Below are positions 11,186 through 22,220 of a DNA stretch of 64,000 nucleotides, piece by piece. Each line of letters opens with the position of its first letter. Position 1 is the first letter of the stretch. Origin of the DNA: an uncultured Ruminococcus sp. (lineage in GTDB: Bacteria; Bacillota; Clostridia; Oscillospirales; CAG-382); the NCBI GenBank assembly GCA_964571635.1, contig CAZNCN010000008.1, forward strand, positions 1,608-65,607, read 5' to 3'. Below the pieces are notes generated by a model, which was given only the letters and a program-made list of their open reading frames with translations, had not been told where the DNA came from and made no database searches. The position numbers and the translations under genes were made by a program.

Positions 11186-11896
11186 ATGGAACCGTGCTAC
11201 AAAAGAGTGCTGCTCAAGCTTTCGGGCGAGGCACTCGCCGGTGAAAACGGCATATTAAACGGCAAATTTTTAGAGGAGATCGCAGGCGTTATCGCAGAAT
11301 GCGTAAAAAGCGGCGTTCAGATCGCAATGGTCATTGGCGGCGGCAACATCTGGCGCGGTGCCCGTCAGGGCGGATTGCGGATAGACAGAGTCAGAGCCGA
11401 CCAGATGGGTATGCTTTCGACAGTCATCAATTCGCTCGCCATGCAGGATTATCTTTTGGCAGCAGGCGTCGGCTGCACCGTCATGTCGGCGTTCAACATA
11501 TCGCAGGTCTGCAAGCCCTATTCGCAGTATGACGCTATTGATCTGCTCGAAAAAGGCAATGTCGTCATAGTTTCGGGCGGTGTCGGATATCCTTTCTTCT
11601 CGACAGATTCCGGCATGATGCTGCGTGCCGCAGAACTCAAATGCGATGCGGTGCTCTCGGCAAAGAACATCGACGGCGTTTATGACAAAGACCCCAGAAC
11701 AAATCCCGATGCAAAAAAATACGACACTCTCACATATTCGCGCATCATTGCCGACAACCTGGCGGCAATAGATATGTCCGCGGCAGCTATCGCTCGTGAC
11801 ACGGGACTTTATACCGTCCTGTTTGCGCTTGATTCGGCAGACAGCATCAGAGATGCAGTCTGCGGCAAGGCCAAGGGCACAGTCATTACAAAATAA
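11186..11896 (+). CDS. pyrH: UMP kinase
   Basis: YKRVLLKLSGEAL...VIGGGNIWRG family signature. Confidence 0.95.
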   Translation: MEPCYKRVLLKLSGEALAGENGILNGKFLEEIAGVIAECVKSGVQIAMVIGGGNIWRGARQGGLRIDRVRADQMGMLSTVINSLAMQDYLLAAGVGCTVMSAFNISQVCKPYSQYDAIDLLEKGNVVIVSGGVGYPFFSTDSGMMLRAAELKCDAVLSAKNIDGVYDKDPRTNPDAKKYDTLTYSRIIADNLAAIDMSAAAIARDTGLYTVLFALDSADSIRDAVCGKAKGTVITK

Positions 11897-11941
11897 AAAA
11901 TAAAAATAAAAATTAAAGCATAAAAAGCAGGAGGCAATACC

Positions 11942-12496
11942 ATGAATTTTGACCTTAAACCCTATGAAGAGAGAATGAAAAAGACCATCTCGGTGCTGAT
12001 CAACGAGTTTGATGCCATCAGAGTCGGCAGAGCAAGCGCAAAATTGCTCGAGCGTATTCGCGTCGACTATTACGGCACACCGTCGCCGATCGAAAGTGTA
12101 GCACAGATCAAAGCACAGGATGCACGCACTCTCGTTATCGCTCCCTGGGAGACTAAGATGCTCAGAGAGATCGAAAAGGCTATCCAGGCATCCGACCTCG
12201 GCATCAACCCCGTAAACGATGGCAAGCAGCTCAGACTTTCGTTCCCGCCGCTCACCGAGGAGCGCCGTATCGAGCTCACCAAAAAGACCGCTAAGCTCGG
12301 CGAAGAGGCTAAGGTTGCAATGCGCAACATCCGCCGTGACGCAAACGAAGAGATCAAAAAGCTCAAAAAAGACGGCGTTCTCACCGAGGACGATCAAAAG
12401 AAGGCTGAAAAGCAGGTTCAGGACCTCACAGACCGCTATATCAAAGAGGTCGAGGCTTGCGTAGCCAAAAAGGACAAAGAGATACTCGAAATATGA
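11942..12496 (+). CDS. frr: ribosome recycling factor
   Basis: 184 aa. IRVGRASAKLLERIRVDYYGTPSPI...SDLGINP...LRLSFPPLTEERR. Confidence 0.95.
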   Translation: MNFDLKPYEERMKKTISVLINEFDAIRVGRASAKLLERIRVDYYGTPSPIESVAQIKAQDARTLVIAPWETKMLREIEKAIQASDLGINPVNDGKQLRLSFPPLTEERRIELTKKTAKLGEEAKVAMRNIRRDANEEIKKLKKDGVLTEDDQKKAEKQVQDLTDRYIKEVEACVAKKDKEILEI

Positions 12497-13185
12497 CCGA
12501 AATCACAAAGTCATATCCCAGCAGCGTTGCCGTCATTATGGACGGCAACGGCCGTTGGGCAAAAGAGCGTGGCCTGCCGCGCACCATGGGTCACAAGGCG
12601 GGCTTTGAAACGTTCGTCAAAACCGTCGAGGCGTGCGACGAATTGGGTGTCAGATTTTTGACAGTCTATGCTTTTTCGACTGAAAACTGGAATCGCTCTG
12701 CCGAAGAGGTCTCGGGCATAATCAGGATCATGAATTCTGCGATACCCGTTTATGTGCCGAAGCTCATGAAGCGCAATGCAAGACTGCGCATTTATGGCGA
12801 TGTTGGCAGGTTCGATCAAAGGACGCAGGATATGCTTTCTCAGAGCGTCAAGACGCTTGACGGCAACAGCGGCATTACCATCGGCATCTGTCTTTCGTAC
12901 GGGGGCAGAGCAGAGATAACAAATGCTGTCAACAGGCTTTTGGCAGAGGGCAGGACCAATGTCACAGAGGACGACATCGCATCGCAGCTTTATACGGCAG
13001 GAACGCCCGACCCCGATCTCATCATACGCACGAGCGGCGAAAAGCGCATATCAAACTTTTTGCTTTGGCAGTCGGCGTATTCGGAATATTATTTCAGCGA
13101 TCTTTATTGGCCTGATTTTGACAGAAACGAGCTGATAAAGGCTTTTGACGATTATGCCGGGCGCTCGAGGCGCTATGGCAAATAA
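12493..13185 (+). CDS. uppS: isoprenyl transferase (undecaprenyl-diphosphate synthase)
   Basis: VAVIMDGNGRWAKERGLPR...FSTENW...RTSGEKRISNFLLWQSAYSE. ATGA overlap with the frr stop. Confidence 0.93.
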   Translation: MTEITKSYPSSVAVIMDGNGRWAKERGLPRTMGHKAGFETFVKTVEACDELGVRFLTVYAFSTENWNRSAEEVSGIIRIMNSAIPVYVPKLMKRNARLRIYGDVGRFDQRTQDMLSQSVKTLDGNSGITIGICLSYGGRAEITNAVNRLLAEGRTNVTEDDIASQLYTAGTPDPDLIIRTSGEKRISNFLLWQSAYSEYYFSDLYWPDFDRNELIKAFDDYAGRSRRYGK

Positions 13186-13209
13186 CAACTTTAAGGGGGA
13201 TATATTGTC

Positions 13210-14001
13210 TTGAAAACGAGAATAATCACAGGTGCGGTCATGACTGCGGTATTCGTGCCTGTTTTGTGCTTCGCCGATACAATTGCGTTGCCGATACTTG
13301 CAGCTGTGCTTGCGGCAACTGCGATATATGAGTTTGCGTCATGCATAGGATTAAAGGCCGGGCACACATATATTCCTCTTATGCTGATCGCCGCGGCAGC
13401 ACCGTTCGCCGTGAGATATACACCGCTTGGTGTGACCTCGGTATTGCTTTTGCTGTGCCTTGCGTTTCTTTATCTTATGATATGCTCTGTCATAAGCGCA
13501 GAAAAGCGTGCCGTCGATGGTGAGCTTATCATGAGCACGGGCGTTTTGTATACCGTTCTCGGCTTTTCGATGCTGATAGTGGTGCGTGATGCATTCCCGA
13601 GAGATTATCTCTTGCTGATACTTGCACCTGTTGGCTGCGACATCTGCGCATATTTCATCGGCAGCAAGCTCGGCAAGCACAAGCTCTGCCCGCATCTTTC
13701 ACCCAAAAAGACTGTCGAGGGCGCTTGCGGCGGACTTTTTGGCGCAATGCTTTTTACTGCGATATTCGGTGCGGTTATAGTATTGTGCGGCGAAGAATTT
13801 AACTTTTTATATTGCCTTTTGGCAGTGCCTGTTGCGGCACTTTCGCAGTTCGGCGATTTGTTTGCAAGCGCAGTCAAGCGCAAATACGGCGTCAAGGACT
13901 ATGGCAAGATATTCCCGGGGCACGGCGGCGTGCTCGACAGATTTGACAGCACACTGCCTGTTATGATACTTGCGGGTATACTTACGTTGCTGTTTGCATG
14001 A
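13210..14001 (+). CDS. cdsA: phosphatidate cytidylyltransferase
   Basis: Multi-TM protein with C-terminal signature SAVKRKYGVKDYGKIFPGHGGVLDRFDS. TTG start 9 nt after GGGGGA. Confidence 0.9.
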   Translation: MKTRIITGAVMTAVFVPVLCFADTIALPILAAVLAATAIYEFASCIGLKAGHTYIPLMLIAAAAPFAVRYTPLGVTSVLLLLCLAFLYLMICSVISAEKRAVDGELIMSTGVLYTVLGFSMLIVVRDAFPRDYLLLILAPVGCDICAYFIGSKLGKHKLCPHLSPKKTVEGACGGLFGAMLFTAIFGAVIVLCGEEFNFLYCLLAVPVAALSQFGDLFASAVKRKYGVKDYGKIFPGHGGVLDRFDSTLPVMILAGILTLLFA

Positions 14002-14032
14002 AAAACACACGGGTGGTGAGTTTTTAATTAAA

Positions 14033-15166
14033 ATGAAGATCGCTTTGCTCGGCTCGACAGGCTCGATAGGTACTCAGACACTCGACGTTTGCCGCAGATA
14101 CGGTTATGAGGTGGACTGCCTGTCGGCAAATACAAATGAAATATTACTTGAAAAGCAATGCCGTGAATTTGCACCTAAATATTGCTGGATAGGTGAAGAG
14201 CATTATGCTTCGCTTCGCACCAGGCTTGCAGATACTAATACCGTGGTGCTCACAGGCAGGGACGAGCTTTGCCAAATGGCAGCAGAATCAGACTGCGATG
14301 TGCTCGTCAACGCATTGCTCGGCATCAGCGGTCTTGCACCCACGCTCGCCGCAATAGACGGCAAAAAGCGTATAGCGCTTGCCAACAAAGAGACGCTTGT
14401 CGCAGGCGGCGAAATAGTTATGAAGCGCATAAAAGAGACGGGAACAGAGCTTTTGCCCATCGACAGCGAGCATTCCGCTATATTTCAGTGCATTGCAGAT
14501 AGGCGAAGTGAAGTCGAGTCGGTCATTCTGACTGCCTCAGGCGGTGCATTTTTCGGCAAAAAGAATGATGAATTACTTAAGGTCACCGCCGCCGATGCCC
14601 TCAAGCACCCCAATTGGAGCATGGGCAAAAAAATAACTGTCGACTGCGCTACCATGATGAACAAGGGCTTTGAAATAATCGAGGCGATGTATCTCTTTGA
14701 CCTGCCTTCAGACAGGGTCGAGGTAATAATACATCGTGAGAGCGTCATACATTCTATGGTGAGGTTCGTCGACGGCGCAGTTATTGCACAGCTCGGCACT
14801 CCTGACATGAGATTGCCAATATCATTTGCACTGTCTTATCCAAGGCGTCTTGAAAGTCCCGACAAACGAGCACTCGACCTCAAAAATTATATGTCATTCA
14901 CGTTTGCAGAGCCTGACACAGAGACCTTCGGACTCTTGCAATTTGCGCGTGAAGCGATTAAAAAGGGCGGCAATATTCCCGCCGCTATGAACGGTGCAGA
15001 TGAGGCTGCCGTCGAGCTGTTCTTAAACGGCAAAATAGGCTTCTGCGACATCGAGAGGCTGGTAAGATACGCCTGCGATGCAACAAAATACATAGCTGCT
15101 CCGACGCTCGGGCAGATATTTGACACTGATATTGCCGCTCGTGAAGCGGTGAAAGGTTTTATATAA
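14033..15166 (+). CDS. dxr: 1-deoxy-D-xylulose-5-phosphate reductoisomerase
   Basis: MKIALLGSTGSIGTQTLDV...NKETLV...DSEHSAIFQC...HPNWSMG. The ORF-caller start at 13970 overlaps cdsA. Confidence 0.95.
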   Translation: MKIALLGSTGSIGTQTLDVCRRYGYEVDCLSANTNEILLEKQCREFAPKYCWIGEEHYASLRTRLADTNTVVLTGRDELCQMAAESDCDVLVNALLGISGLAPTLAAIDGKKRIALANKETLVAGGEIVMKRIKETGTELLPIDSEHSAIFQCIADRRSEVESVILTASGGAFFGKKNDELLKVTAADALKHPNWSMGKKITVDCATMMNKGFEIIEAMYLFDLPSDRVEVIIHRESVIHSMVRFVDGAVIAQLGTPDMRLPISFALSYPRRLESPDKRALDLKNYMSFTFAEPDTETFGLLQFAREAIKKGGNIPAAMNGADEAAVELFLNGKIGFCDIERLVRYACDATKYIAAPTLGQIFDTDIAAREAVKGFI

Positions 15167-15177
15167 GGTTTGGTATA

Positions 15178-16254
15178 ATGGTTAATTCTCTCATCTCAAT
15201 TATTCTGACGGTTCTTATATTCGGCGTGCTTATAGGCATACACGAGCTCGGACATTATATCGCCGCACGCATTTTCGGCGTCGGTATAGTCGAATTCTCG
15301 ATAGGCATGGGTCCAAAGCTCTTTACAAAGCAGGGCAAGCACAACGACTTTTCGATAAGGGCTCTGCCCATCGGCGGCTTTGTCAATATGGTCGGCGAGT
15401 ATAGCGAGGAGCTCGAGGAGCGCCACAGAGATAAGCGCCCGCTCGATTCGTTCAAGGCGTGGAAGAGGCTGATAATCGGCGTTGCAGGCCCTTTGATGAA
15501 CATCATTTTTGCGTTCATCATCATGATAGTCTATGTTGTGTGCAGCCCCAATCTTGCATCTACGGTCGTTGCCGACAAATATGAAACAGACAGTATGCAG
15601 AATGTTTCGTTTGCCTACGGTCTTATGCCGGGCGACGAGATAGTCAAGGTCGGCGGCAGAAATATTCATGTTTATTATGACCTCAGCTATGAAATATCGG
15701 CACACGGCAATGAGCCGATCGACCTTGAGGTCATCAGAAACGGCAAGAGAATAAAGCTCGAGGGCGTCAGGTTTCCTGTGCAGGAGCAGCAGGGCAGTGA
15801 GTTCGGTTGTGTGGATTTTAAGATCTATCTCAAGCAAAAGAATTTTGCAAATGTCTTAAACGACGCATTCTATCAGCCTATATCGATAGTATATGTCACC
15901 GTAGATTCGCTGATAGACACCTTTACGGGCAGATATGACATAGGCGAGTCGGTCGGCGGCCCTATTGCCATCGGCGGTGCAGTCGGTGACACGATCGCAG
16001 ACAGCGACGGCTTTGCAGATACCGTTGCAAGCCTTGCCGTATTGACCGTGTTTATTTCGGTCTCGCTCGGCGTTTGCAACCTTTTGCCTATCCCCGTGCT
16101 TGACGGCGGAATGATATTATTCTGCATTATAGAAATGATAATCGGCAGACCTATAAAAAAAGAGGTTCAAAACGTCATCACAAACATTTTTGCAATCTTG
16201 CTCATATTGCTTATGGTGCTGGTCTGCATAAAGGACGTTATCGGACTGTTTTGA
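15178..16254 (+). CDS. rseP: RIP site-2 zinc metalloprotease (M50)
   Basis: HELGH motif in TM1, central PDZ-like region, C-terminal NLLPIPVLDGG motif. Confidence 0.9.
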   Translation: MVNSLISIILTVLIFGVLIGIHELGHYIAARIFGVGIVEFSIGMGPKLFTKQGKHNDFSIRALPIGGFVNMVGEYSEELEERHRDKRPLDSFKAWKRLIIGVAGPLMNIIFAFIIMIVYVVCSPNLASTVVADKYETDSMQNVSFAYGLMPGDEIVKVGGRNIHVYYDLSYEISAHGNEPIDLEVIRNGKRIKLEGVRFPVQEQQGSEFGCVDFKIYLKQKNFANVLNDAFYQPISIVYVTVDSLIDTFTGRYDIGESVGGPIAIGGAVGDTIADSDGFADTVASLAVLTVFISVSLGVCNLLPIPVLDGGMILFCIIEMIIGRPIKKEVQNVITNIFAILLILLMVLVCIKDVIGLF

Positions 16255-16279
16255 TCAAATTATTACGGAGGTGCTTGCT

Positions 16280-17338
16280 TTGGCAAAAAGAATATCACAT
16301 TCGGTCAGGGTCGGCAGAGTAAATATAGGTGGCGGCAACAGGATCGCCGTGCAGTCGATGTGCGATATTCCGACACACGATCATGAGGCGGTGCTTGCGC
16401 AGATACAAGAGCTCGAAAAGGCGGGCTGTGACATCGTGCGTGTCACGGTCAATACGCCCGAGGCGGCTGAGGGACTTAAGGCTTTGCGCAGCAAGACAGA
16501 TATGCCTATCGTCGCAGATATTCATTTTGACTATCGTCTTGCGCTTGCGGCGATAGAAGCAGGTGCCGACAAAATACGCTTGAATCCCGGCAACATCGGC
16601 GGCGAGGACAGAGTCAAGGCTGTTGCCGATGCTTGCAGGCAAAGAAATATTCCTATCAGAATCGGCGTCAACGGCGGCTCGCTTTCAAAGCAGATAATGG
16701 CAAAATACGGCAGGGTGTGTCCCGAAGCACTCAGAGATTCTGCGCTCGAGCACGCCGCATTGCTTGAGAAATACGATTTTAACGACATAGTGCTTTCTGT
16801 CAAGTCGAGCGACGTCAGAATATGTGTCGAAGCCAACAGGCTTATTGCCGAGGCAACAGATCATCCCTTGCACCTCGGTGTCACCGAGGCAGGTGCAATA
16901 CCCGAGGGACTTGTCAAAAATTCGATAGGCATAGGCTCATTGCTCTTGGACGGAATAGGCGACACCATCAGAGTTTCGCTCACAGATCCGCCTGTCGACG
17001 AGGTCAGAGCAGGTATAGAAATATTAAAATCAATAGGGCTCAGAAAAGGCATCAACATAGTTTCGTGCCCGACCTGCGGCAGAACTCAAATAGATCTCAA
17101 GCGACTGTATGCCGAGCTGAAGAGCGCTATAAAAGATATCGACACCGACCGCAACATCACTGTTGCTCTCATGGGCTGCGTGGTCAACGGACCCGGCGAG
17201 GCACAGGGTGCCGATGTGGGTGTTGCAGGCGGCAAAGGCGAGGCAGTGTTGTTTAAGCACGGCGTGATAGTCGGCAGGATAGCCGAGAATGAGATAGTCA
17301 CCGCGCTCGTCGGTGAAATAAAGGAACTTTTAAAATGA
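16280..17338 (+). CDS. ispG: 4-hydroxy-3-methylbut-2-en-1-yl diphosphate synthase
   Basis: VRVGRVNIGGGNRIAVQSM...RLNPGNIG...SCPTCGR...GCVVNGPGE. GGAGG at 16267-16271 overlaps GTG 16271, so TTG 16280 (8-nt spacing) is preferred. Confidence 0.93.
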   Translation: MAKRISHSVRVGRVNIGGGNRIAVQSMCDIPTHDHEAVLAQIQELEKAGCDIVRVTVNTPEAAEGLKALRSKTDMPIVADIHFDYRLALAAIEAGADKIRLNPGNIGGEDRVKAVADACRQRNIPIRIGVNGGSLSKQIMAKYGRVCPEALRDSALEHAALLEKYDFNDIVLSVKSSDVRICVEANRLIAEATDHPLHLGVTEAGAIPEGLVKNSIGIGSLLLDGIGDTIRVSLTDPPVDEVRAGIEILKSIGLRKGINIVSCPTCGRTQIDLKRLYAELKSAIKDIDTDRNITVALMGCVVNGPGEAQGADVGVAGGKGEAVLFKHGVIVGRIAENEIVTALVGEIKELLK

Positions 17339-20300
17339 CAGATTTGTTTAAGAAAAAGTTTGCGCGCTGCGAGTTTTCACCGCAGGATATGCAGACCATA
17401 TCTGAAATGACCGATTGCAGCATCATGGTCAGCACCGAAAAAAGAGCCATAAGGCTTGTGCCGTGCTTTGATTCTGTTGTCGCTCCGCAAAAGCTGTTTG
17501 ACATAGCAAGGCGCATCAAGAATACATACAACGCCACCGATGTGCGCATAATGCCGCGCTATCCGTCAACCTGCTTTTCTGAGAATGTCTGGAACAAAAT
17601 ACACCCTTATATCTGCGTTGAATTCGGCGATACGATAGGCAAGGGCTTTTTTGAGCGCTCAAAAGCAGAGTATGACAGAGAGAACGATATCTTTCGTGTA
17701 ACTCTGCGTGACTGCTGCACGGCAGATATATTGGTGAGCGACGGCGTTGACAAATATATTGCAGAGTGCATAAGGGCACAGTTCGACGTAGACCTCAAGG
17801 TCGAGCTTGAGGGCGGCGAGATACCCGATTTTTATGTTTCGCCAAAGAATGTCGAGTTTGACAGGCTCACACGAGAGCAGCTTGACAGGGCATTTGAGGC
17901 AGAAGAGCGTGATGCAAACAAAACCAATTCATACCTGCCTGTCGATGACGGTGCCAAAGTGCACTGGCTCGACGACGAAATGACAAAATGCAAGGCAGGC
18001 AGACTGCTTTTTGATGTTTCAGACCCCAAAATATTCACAGGCAAGGATATTCCAAAGCTCAAGAGGCTTATCCCGATACGCAATATAACCGACGGCGAGA
18101 CAGTCACATTCGTCGGCAAGATGTTCAGCATAGATAAAAAGCCCAATTACGATACAGGCAAGATAACCTGCAAGATGGAGTTTACTGACAACGATGCCTC
18201 GGTGCTCGTCAGAACCTCTATCCCGCGTGAAAGACGTGCGGAGATCCCCGACGCACCCTCGTATATGCTCATCACCGGCAGGGCAGAATGGAATAAATTC
18301 GACAAAGAGGTCGTCGTCAGACCGACGGCAATGGCGTTTGTCAAAAAAATAGGCAGGCAGGACACCTATCCTCGCAAGCGTGTCGAATTGCATATACACA
18401 CCAACATGAGCCAGCTCGATGCGCTGTCAGAGCCGGGCGATGTATTCAAACAGGCGGCAGCGTGGGGAATGCCTGCCGTCGCGGTCACAGACCACGGCAA
18501 CCTGCAGGCTTATCCGATGTATATGAAGGCGGCAAAGAAATGCCCCGATACAAAGCCTATATACGGTATGGAGGGCTATCTTGTCGACGATACCGCACGC
18601 GCAGTGTTTGCAGACAAGGCAGACGACAATATCAGCTTTGACGATGGCGAGTTTATTATATTTGACATAGAGACCACAGGACTTTCTCCGCTCAACTGTG
18701 GCATAACGCAGATAGGTGCGATAAAATACAAGGGCGGCGAGTCGATAGATACATTTGATACGCTCGTCAATCCCGGTATGCCTATACCTGCAAGGATAAC
18801 CGAATTGACAGGTATAACCGATGAAATGGTCAAAAATGCACCTGCGCAGGCAGAAGCTGTCAAAAGCTTTTTGGATTTTGCGGGCAGCGATATGCTCGTT
18901 GCGCACAACGCTTCTTTTGATGTAAGCTTTATCAGGCGTGTCGCATCTGAAAACCGCATCAGGTTCGAAAACGCATACCTTGACACCGTCAGTCTATCGC
19001 GCTATCTCAATCCCGATGCTTCGAACCACAAGCTTGATACGCTTGCACATTATTTCAAGCTCGGCAATTTCGACCACCACCGTGCAGATGCCGACACCGA
19101 AATGCTGGCGCAGATTTTCGGCTGCATGATAGAGAAGCTCGCAAGGCAGGGCATAACCAACGTCACAGAAATGAACGATGCTATGGCAAGCAACGCCGAT
19201 CCTCGCAAGCTGAGATCGCATCATGTCTCGATACTTGTCAAAAACCAGACGGGACTGCGCAACCTTTATAAGCTCGTTTCGATGTCTTACCTCGATTATT
19301 ATGCGCGCATTCCACGCATTCCAAAGACTGTTCTCAACGACTATCGCGAGGGACTTATCATAGGTTCTGCCTGCTCAGAGGGCGAGCTTTATGCCGCGAT
19401 TACCGAGGGCAAGAGCGACGACGAGCTCGCAAAGATCGCAGAATATTATGACTACCTCGAGGTAATGCCTGTCTGCAACGATATGTATCTCGGCGGCAGG
19501 GGCGAAAACAAAAAGCCCGAGCAAGAGACGATAAAGATGCTGCAGGACAACATCAGGCGCATCATCAGCATAGGCAAGCGCGTAAACAAGCCTGTCGTCG
19601 CAACAGGCGACTCACACTATTTAGAGCCCGACGACGATGTTTACAGGCGCATAATGCTGTTTGCCAAGGGCTTTAGTGACGCACTCGACGGCGCAAAACT
19701 TTATTTCAGAACCACAGACGAAATGATCGATGAATTTATCTTCCTCGGCAAAGAAAAGGCAGAAGAAATAGTCATCGACAACACCGTCGCCATCGCAGAC
19801 GAGATAGAATTTGTTAAGCCTATCCCCGACGGAACATTCACCCCGGGCATAGATGGCGCAGAGGATGACCTGCGCAATATCTGTTATGAGACCGCAAAGG
19901 ATATGTACGGCGACCCGCTGCCCGAGCTCGTCAAGGCAAGACTTGACAAAGAGCTCGACTCTGTCATCAAGCACGGCTATGCGGTGCTTTATATAATCGC
20001 AAGGCTGCTCGTCAAGAACAGTGAGGAGCACGGCTATCTCGTCGGCTCGAGAGGCTCTGTCGGCTCGTCGGTAATAGCCACGTTCTGCGGAGTTTCGGAG
20101 GTCAATCCTTTGCCCCCGCATTGGAGATGCCCAAAATGCAAAAAGAGCATTTTCATTACAGACGGCTCTGTCGGCTCGGGTTTTGACCTGCCCGACCGCA
20201 TATGCGAATGCGGCGAAAGAATGATCTGCGACGGCCACGACATACCGTTTGAAACGTTCCTTGGCTTCCACGGCGACAAAGCACCTGACATCGACCTCAA

Positions 20301-21702
20301 CTTTTCAGGCGATGTGCAGTCGGCGGCACACAAATTCACCGAGGTGCTTTTCGGCAAAGAGAATATATTCAGAGCAGGCACTGTTTCAGCACTTCAGCCC
20401 AAGAGCTGCATAGGCTATGTCAAAAAGCTGTGTGAAGAGAAAAATCTCTCGTTCACCCGTGCAGAGCTCGACAGGCTTGCCTACGGCATAGCGGGCGTCA
20501 AGCGCACGACAGGTCAGCACCCGGGTGGAATAGTCGTTATTCCAAAGCAATATGAGATATACGACTTCACGCCTGTGCAGCATCCTGCCGACAAAGAGTC
20601 GAGCGGTGTCATAACCACTCACTTTGCGTTTGAATATCTGCACGACACGCTTTTGAAGCTGGATATTCTGGGTCATGATGTTCCTACATTCTATAAGGTG
20701 CTCGAGGAGTTTACAGGCATCGACGTGCGCACGATACCGCTCAATGACCGCAAGGTGTTTGAGTTGTTTGCGTCGCCTGCACCGCTCGGCGTAAAGCCCG
20801 AGGCGATAGGTGCGCCTGTCGGCACGCTCGGTCTGCCTGAGTTCGGCACAAAATATGTCATACAGATGATAGTCGACTGTAAGCCAAAGAATTTTTCTGA
20901 TCTGCTGCAGATCTCGGGACTTTCGCACGGCACCGGCATATGGCTCGGCAACGGTGCAGAGCTTATCAAAAACGGCACCTGCACGATCGACGACATCATC
21001 GGTACCCGTGACAGCATAATGCTCTATCTGATATACGCAGGGCTCGAGAATTCGGTCGCATTCAAGATAATGGAGAGCGTCCGCAAGGGCAGAGGACTCT
21101 CACCTGAGCAGGAGGCTGCCATGCGTGAGAAGAACGTGCCGGAATGGTATATTGAATCCTGCAAAAAGATAGAATACATGTTTCCCAAGGCGCACGCTGC
21201 GGCTTATACCATAGCGTCGCTTAGGCTCGGATGGTTCAAGGTATATCATCCCATAGCCTTCTATGCAACCTATTTTACAGTCAAGCGCGATTCGTTTGAC
21301 GGAGTGCTCGCCATGGGCGGTGCAGAAGCGATCAGAGACAAGATAAACGAGATAGAAAACATGCCCGACGCTTCGGCAAAGGACAAGGATACGCTTGTTT
21401 TCTTGCAGATGGTGCGCGAGTTCTTTGCAAGAGGGTTTAAATTCTTGCCTGTAGATATATATAAATCGCAGGCGTTCAGATTTATGCCGGAGGACGGCAT
21501 GATACGCTTGCCGTTTTCGTCGCTTGCGGGACTTGGCGAAACCGCCGCACAGAATATTTATGACGCTGTCCACGGCGGCGGAGCAGAAACAGTTATGGAT
21601 CTGCAGACTATAGCAGGGCTTAACAAAAAGGTTCTCGAGATACTTGTTTCAAACAATTGTCTTGGCGATATGCCTGAGTCAAATCAGATCACACTATTTT
21701 AA
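17335..21702 (+). CDS. polC: DNA polymerase III alpha, PolC type (Gram-positive replicase with intrinsic 3'-5' exonuclease)
   Basis: 1455 aa. PHP region (ELHIHTNMSQLD), DEDD exonuclease insert (FIIFDIETTGLS...AHNASFDVSF...HRADADTEM) and Zn-finger CPKC...CECG. ATGA overlap with the ispG stop. Confidence 0.97.
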   Translation: MTDLFKKKFARCEFSPQDMQTISEMTDCSIMVSTEKRAIRLVPCFDSVVAPQKLFDIARRIKNTYNATDVRIMPRYPSTCFSENVWNKIHPYICVEFGDTIGKGFFERSKAEYDRENDIFRVTLRDCCTADILVSDGVDKYIAECIRAQFDVDLKVELEGGEIPDFYVSPKNVEFDRLTREQLDRAFEAEERDANKTNSYLPVDDGAKVHWLDDEMTKCKAGRLLFDVSDPKIFTGKDIPKLKRLIPIRNITDGETVTFVGKMFSIDKKPNYDTGKITCKMEFTDNDASVLVRTSIPRERRAEIPDAPSYMLITGRAEWNKFDKEVVVRPTAMAFVKKIGRQDTYPRKRVELHIHTNMSQLDALSEPGDVFKQAAAWGMPAVAVTDHGNLQAYPMYMKAAKKCPDTKPIYGMEGYLVDDTARAVFADKADDNISFDDGEFIIFDIETTGLSPLNCGITQIGAIKYKGGESIDTFDTLVNPGMPIPARITELTGITDEMVKNAPAQAEAVKSFLDFAGSDMLVAHNASFDVSFIRRVASENRIRFENAYLDTVSLSRYLNPDASNHKLDTLAHYFKLGNFDHHRADADTEMLAQIFGCMIEKLARQGITNVTEMNDAMASNADPRKLRSHHVSILVKNQTGLRNLYKLVSMSYLDYYARIPRIPKTVLNDYREGLIIGSACSEGELYAAITEGKSDDELAKIAEYYDYLEVMPVCNDMYLGGRGENKKPEQETIKMLQDNIRRIISIGKRVNKPVVATGDSHYLEPDDDVYRRIMLFAKGFSDALDGAKLYFRTTDEMIDEFIFLGKEKAEEIVIDNTVAIADEIEFVKPIPDGTFTPGIDGAEDDLRNICYETAKDMYGDPLPELVKARLDKELDSVIKHGYAVLYIIARLLVKNSEEHGYLVGSRGSVGSSVIATFCGVSEVNPLPPHWRCPKCKKSIFITDGSVGSGFDLPDRICECGERMICDGHDIPFETFLGFHGDKAPDIDLNFSGDVQSAAHKFTEVLFGKENIFRAGTVSALQPKSCIGYVKKLCEEKNLSFTRAELDRLAYGIAGVKRTTGQHPGGIVVIPKQYEIYDFTPVQHPADKESSGVITTHFAFEYLHDTLLKLDILGHDVPTFYKVLEEFTGIDVRTIPLNDRKVFELFASPAPLGVKPEAIGAPVGTLGLPEFGTKYVIQMIVDCKPKNFSDLLQISGLSHGTGIWLGNGAELIKNGTCTIDDIIGTRDSIMLYLIYAGLENSVAFKIMESVRKGRGLSPEQEAAMREKNVPEWYIESCKKIEYMFPKAHAAAYTIASLRLGWFKVYHPIAFYATYFTVKRDSFDGVLAMGGAEAIRDKINEIENMPDASAKDKDTLVFLQMVREFFARGFKFLPVDIYKSQAFRFMPEDGMIRLPFSSLAGLGETAAQNIYDAVHGGGAETVMDLQTIAGLNKKVLEILVSNNCLGDMPESNQITLF

Positions 21703-21722
21703 ATAATAACAGGGGTTAGGAT

Positions 21723-22220
21723 ATGCAATACAGCAGAGAAACGATCAAAAACAAGATACTTTCATACCTTGCCGAAGAGGGCAGATATACTCACGAATGC
21801 CTGGCATCTATGCTCGGCACAGATGTTCAGACAGTCGACGAGATCATCAGCGAGGCAGAGAAGAACGGTGAGATACTTTCATACGGTGCACTCATCAATT
21901 GGGAAAAGTGCGGCAAAGAGAGCGTCACGGCGTTCATAGAGCTCAAGACCATTCCGCAGCGTGACCTCGGTTTTGACGCGATAGCACAGCGCATATGCAG
22001 CTATCCCGAGGTAAAGGGCGTAATGCTGATGTCGGGCGGCTTTGATCTCGGTGTAACGGCAGAATGTCGCACTATGCGCGACGTCGCCGTGTTTGTGGCA
22101 GAGAGGCTCGCAACGATAGACGGTGTTACCTCGACCGCAACCCATTTTGTCATGCAAAAATACAAGGATTCGGGCATCGTATTCGAGAGCCGCGGCGAGG
22201 ACAAGCGAGGTAACGAATAA
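21723..22220 (+). CDS. Lrp/AsnC-family transcriptional regulator
   Basis: 165 aa with an N-terminal HTH and a C-terminal RAM-like domain. Pairing with the downstream aminotransferase resembles B. subtilis alaR-alaT. Confidence 0.8.
   Translation: MQYSRETIKNKILSYLAEEGRYTHECLASMLGTDVQTVDEIISEAEKNGEILSYGALINWEKCGKESVTAFIELKTIPQRDLGFDAIAQRICSYPEVKGVMLMSGGFDLGVTAECRTMRDVAVFVAERLATIDGVTSTATHFVMQKYKDSGIVFESRGEDKRGNE

Noticed and set aside
11270-12397. 375-aa minus-strand ORF spanning pyrH and frr.
   Set aside because: It is a shadow ORF antisense to two unmistakable conserved genes and crosses their intergenic gap. Its composition is low-complexity and Cys-rich, with no RBS or motif.
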